Position numbers and translations under genes: made by a program. The notes below the pieces were generated by a model. That model had not been told where the DNA came from and ran no database searches. It saw nothing but the letters and a program-made list of their open reading frames with translations. Shown here one piece after another: positions 63,236-64,000 of a DNA stretch of 64,000 bases; the first letter of the stretch is position 1, and every line of letters begins with the position of its first letter. The stretch is from Lama glama. Lineage: Eukaryota. The DNA lies in NCBI GenBank assembly GCA_028534125.1, contig CM052817.1, positions 15,130,001 to 15,194,000 on the forward strand. Reading direction: 5' to 3'.

Positions 63236-64000
63236 ATAATTCTACAAAGATATACTTAGGCACAGCTCACTACTCATCTATTTCAGCATGCAATGCTCAG
63301 CATTAAGGGCTAGATATAGAAGATGGAGAAGTGTATCTTATTTTAAAAATAAGATTTATTTCTAGCTTCCAATCTAGTAAAGTAGGTAGTCAGGAACCAA
63401 ACAAGTAGTAATCAAAAACTGTGTGATTACAAATTGTGAGAAATGTACTGCAGGAAAAGAATTAGAGCTTTGAAGGGTTACTACAAGGGACCCTCATCTT
63501 CACTGAGGAATCAGAGACTTCTCTGATGAAGTGCCATGTCAGCTTAGACCTGAAGGATGGCTAGGAGTTCACTCATTGCATGGTAGAGGCGAGAATGTTT
63601 CCAGCATAGGGAAAAGCCTGTGCAAATGTCCTAAGGTTGGAAAGAGCGTGGCATGTTCAAGAAATTGAAGGAAGCAACCCAGTGTGTCTGGAGAATACTG
63701 AGAGGGAGGGCAGCATGAGGAGAGAATGGAGGGGCATGAGGAACTTGTGTGTCATGCAAAGTTTTGGAACTGATGCCAAGGTTTCTGATCAAATATTGAA
63801 TGGCTTTATGTACATGCCTAGGAATACTATGACCTGCTATGGATTTGATAAATAGCTGTCAGCTTTGTGGACAGTGGAATAGAAGAGCAGAAAAGAAGTA
63901 TCACTTTGGAGGCAACTGCAGAACCCTGAGAAAGAGATGATGGTGGCTTGGACTAAGAAGGTGATCTTGGAGGGAGAGATAAGCAGACATACTTGATTTA
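63236..64000 (-). mobile_element. L2 (L2b/c-like) 3' region
   Basis: 'cagagacttctctgatgaagtg...agacctgaaggatg...gaaaagcctgtgcaaatgtcctaagg...agagatgatggtggcttggacta'. Confidence 0.85.

Noticed and set aside
1..64000. CRISPR arrays, tRNA/rRNA genes, operons, processed pseudogenes
   Set aside because: No regularly spaced repeat-spacer array, cloverleaf, rRNA-like or mRNA-like sequence was seen.

Overview
Mammalian nuclear DNA, most likely camelid (camel/alpaca/llama): the young L1 3' tails resemble alpaca-type L1, and I see no Alu, Bov-tA/BovB, PRE1, CAN-SINE or ERE. I cannot support any protein-coding gene, RNA gene or CRISPR array. The ORF track is explained by chance, low-complexity sequence, the N gap or decayed L1/ERV frames. 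The window is intronic or intergenic and is a mosaic of L1, L2, MIR, CR1/L3, MaLR/ERVL LTRs and MER5, with one 500-N gap and several repeat-free, CpG-retaining, homeodomain-motif-rich blocks that look like conserved enhancers. Most notable items: (1) a very old class III (ERVL-like) provirus at about 1626-5717 with gag, protease and integrase remnants, no RT, and an env-like CWxC remnant; it splits a CR1/L3 and is itself split by L2 tails; (2) a perfect 12-bp inverted repeat whose arms are both PBX-HOX-type sites (26041-26081); (3) an L1 whose 5' terminus is fused directly to the RT YADD region; (4) a twin-primed L1 with a 14-bp TSD; (5) PBX-HOX/MEIS motif clusters; (6) a candidate 63-nt + strand exon. 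Repeat family names and most boundaries were judged by eye, are approximate (tens of bp), and need RepeatMasker/Dfam confirmation. I found no convincing wholly new biological system.
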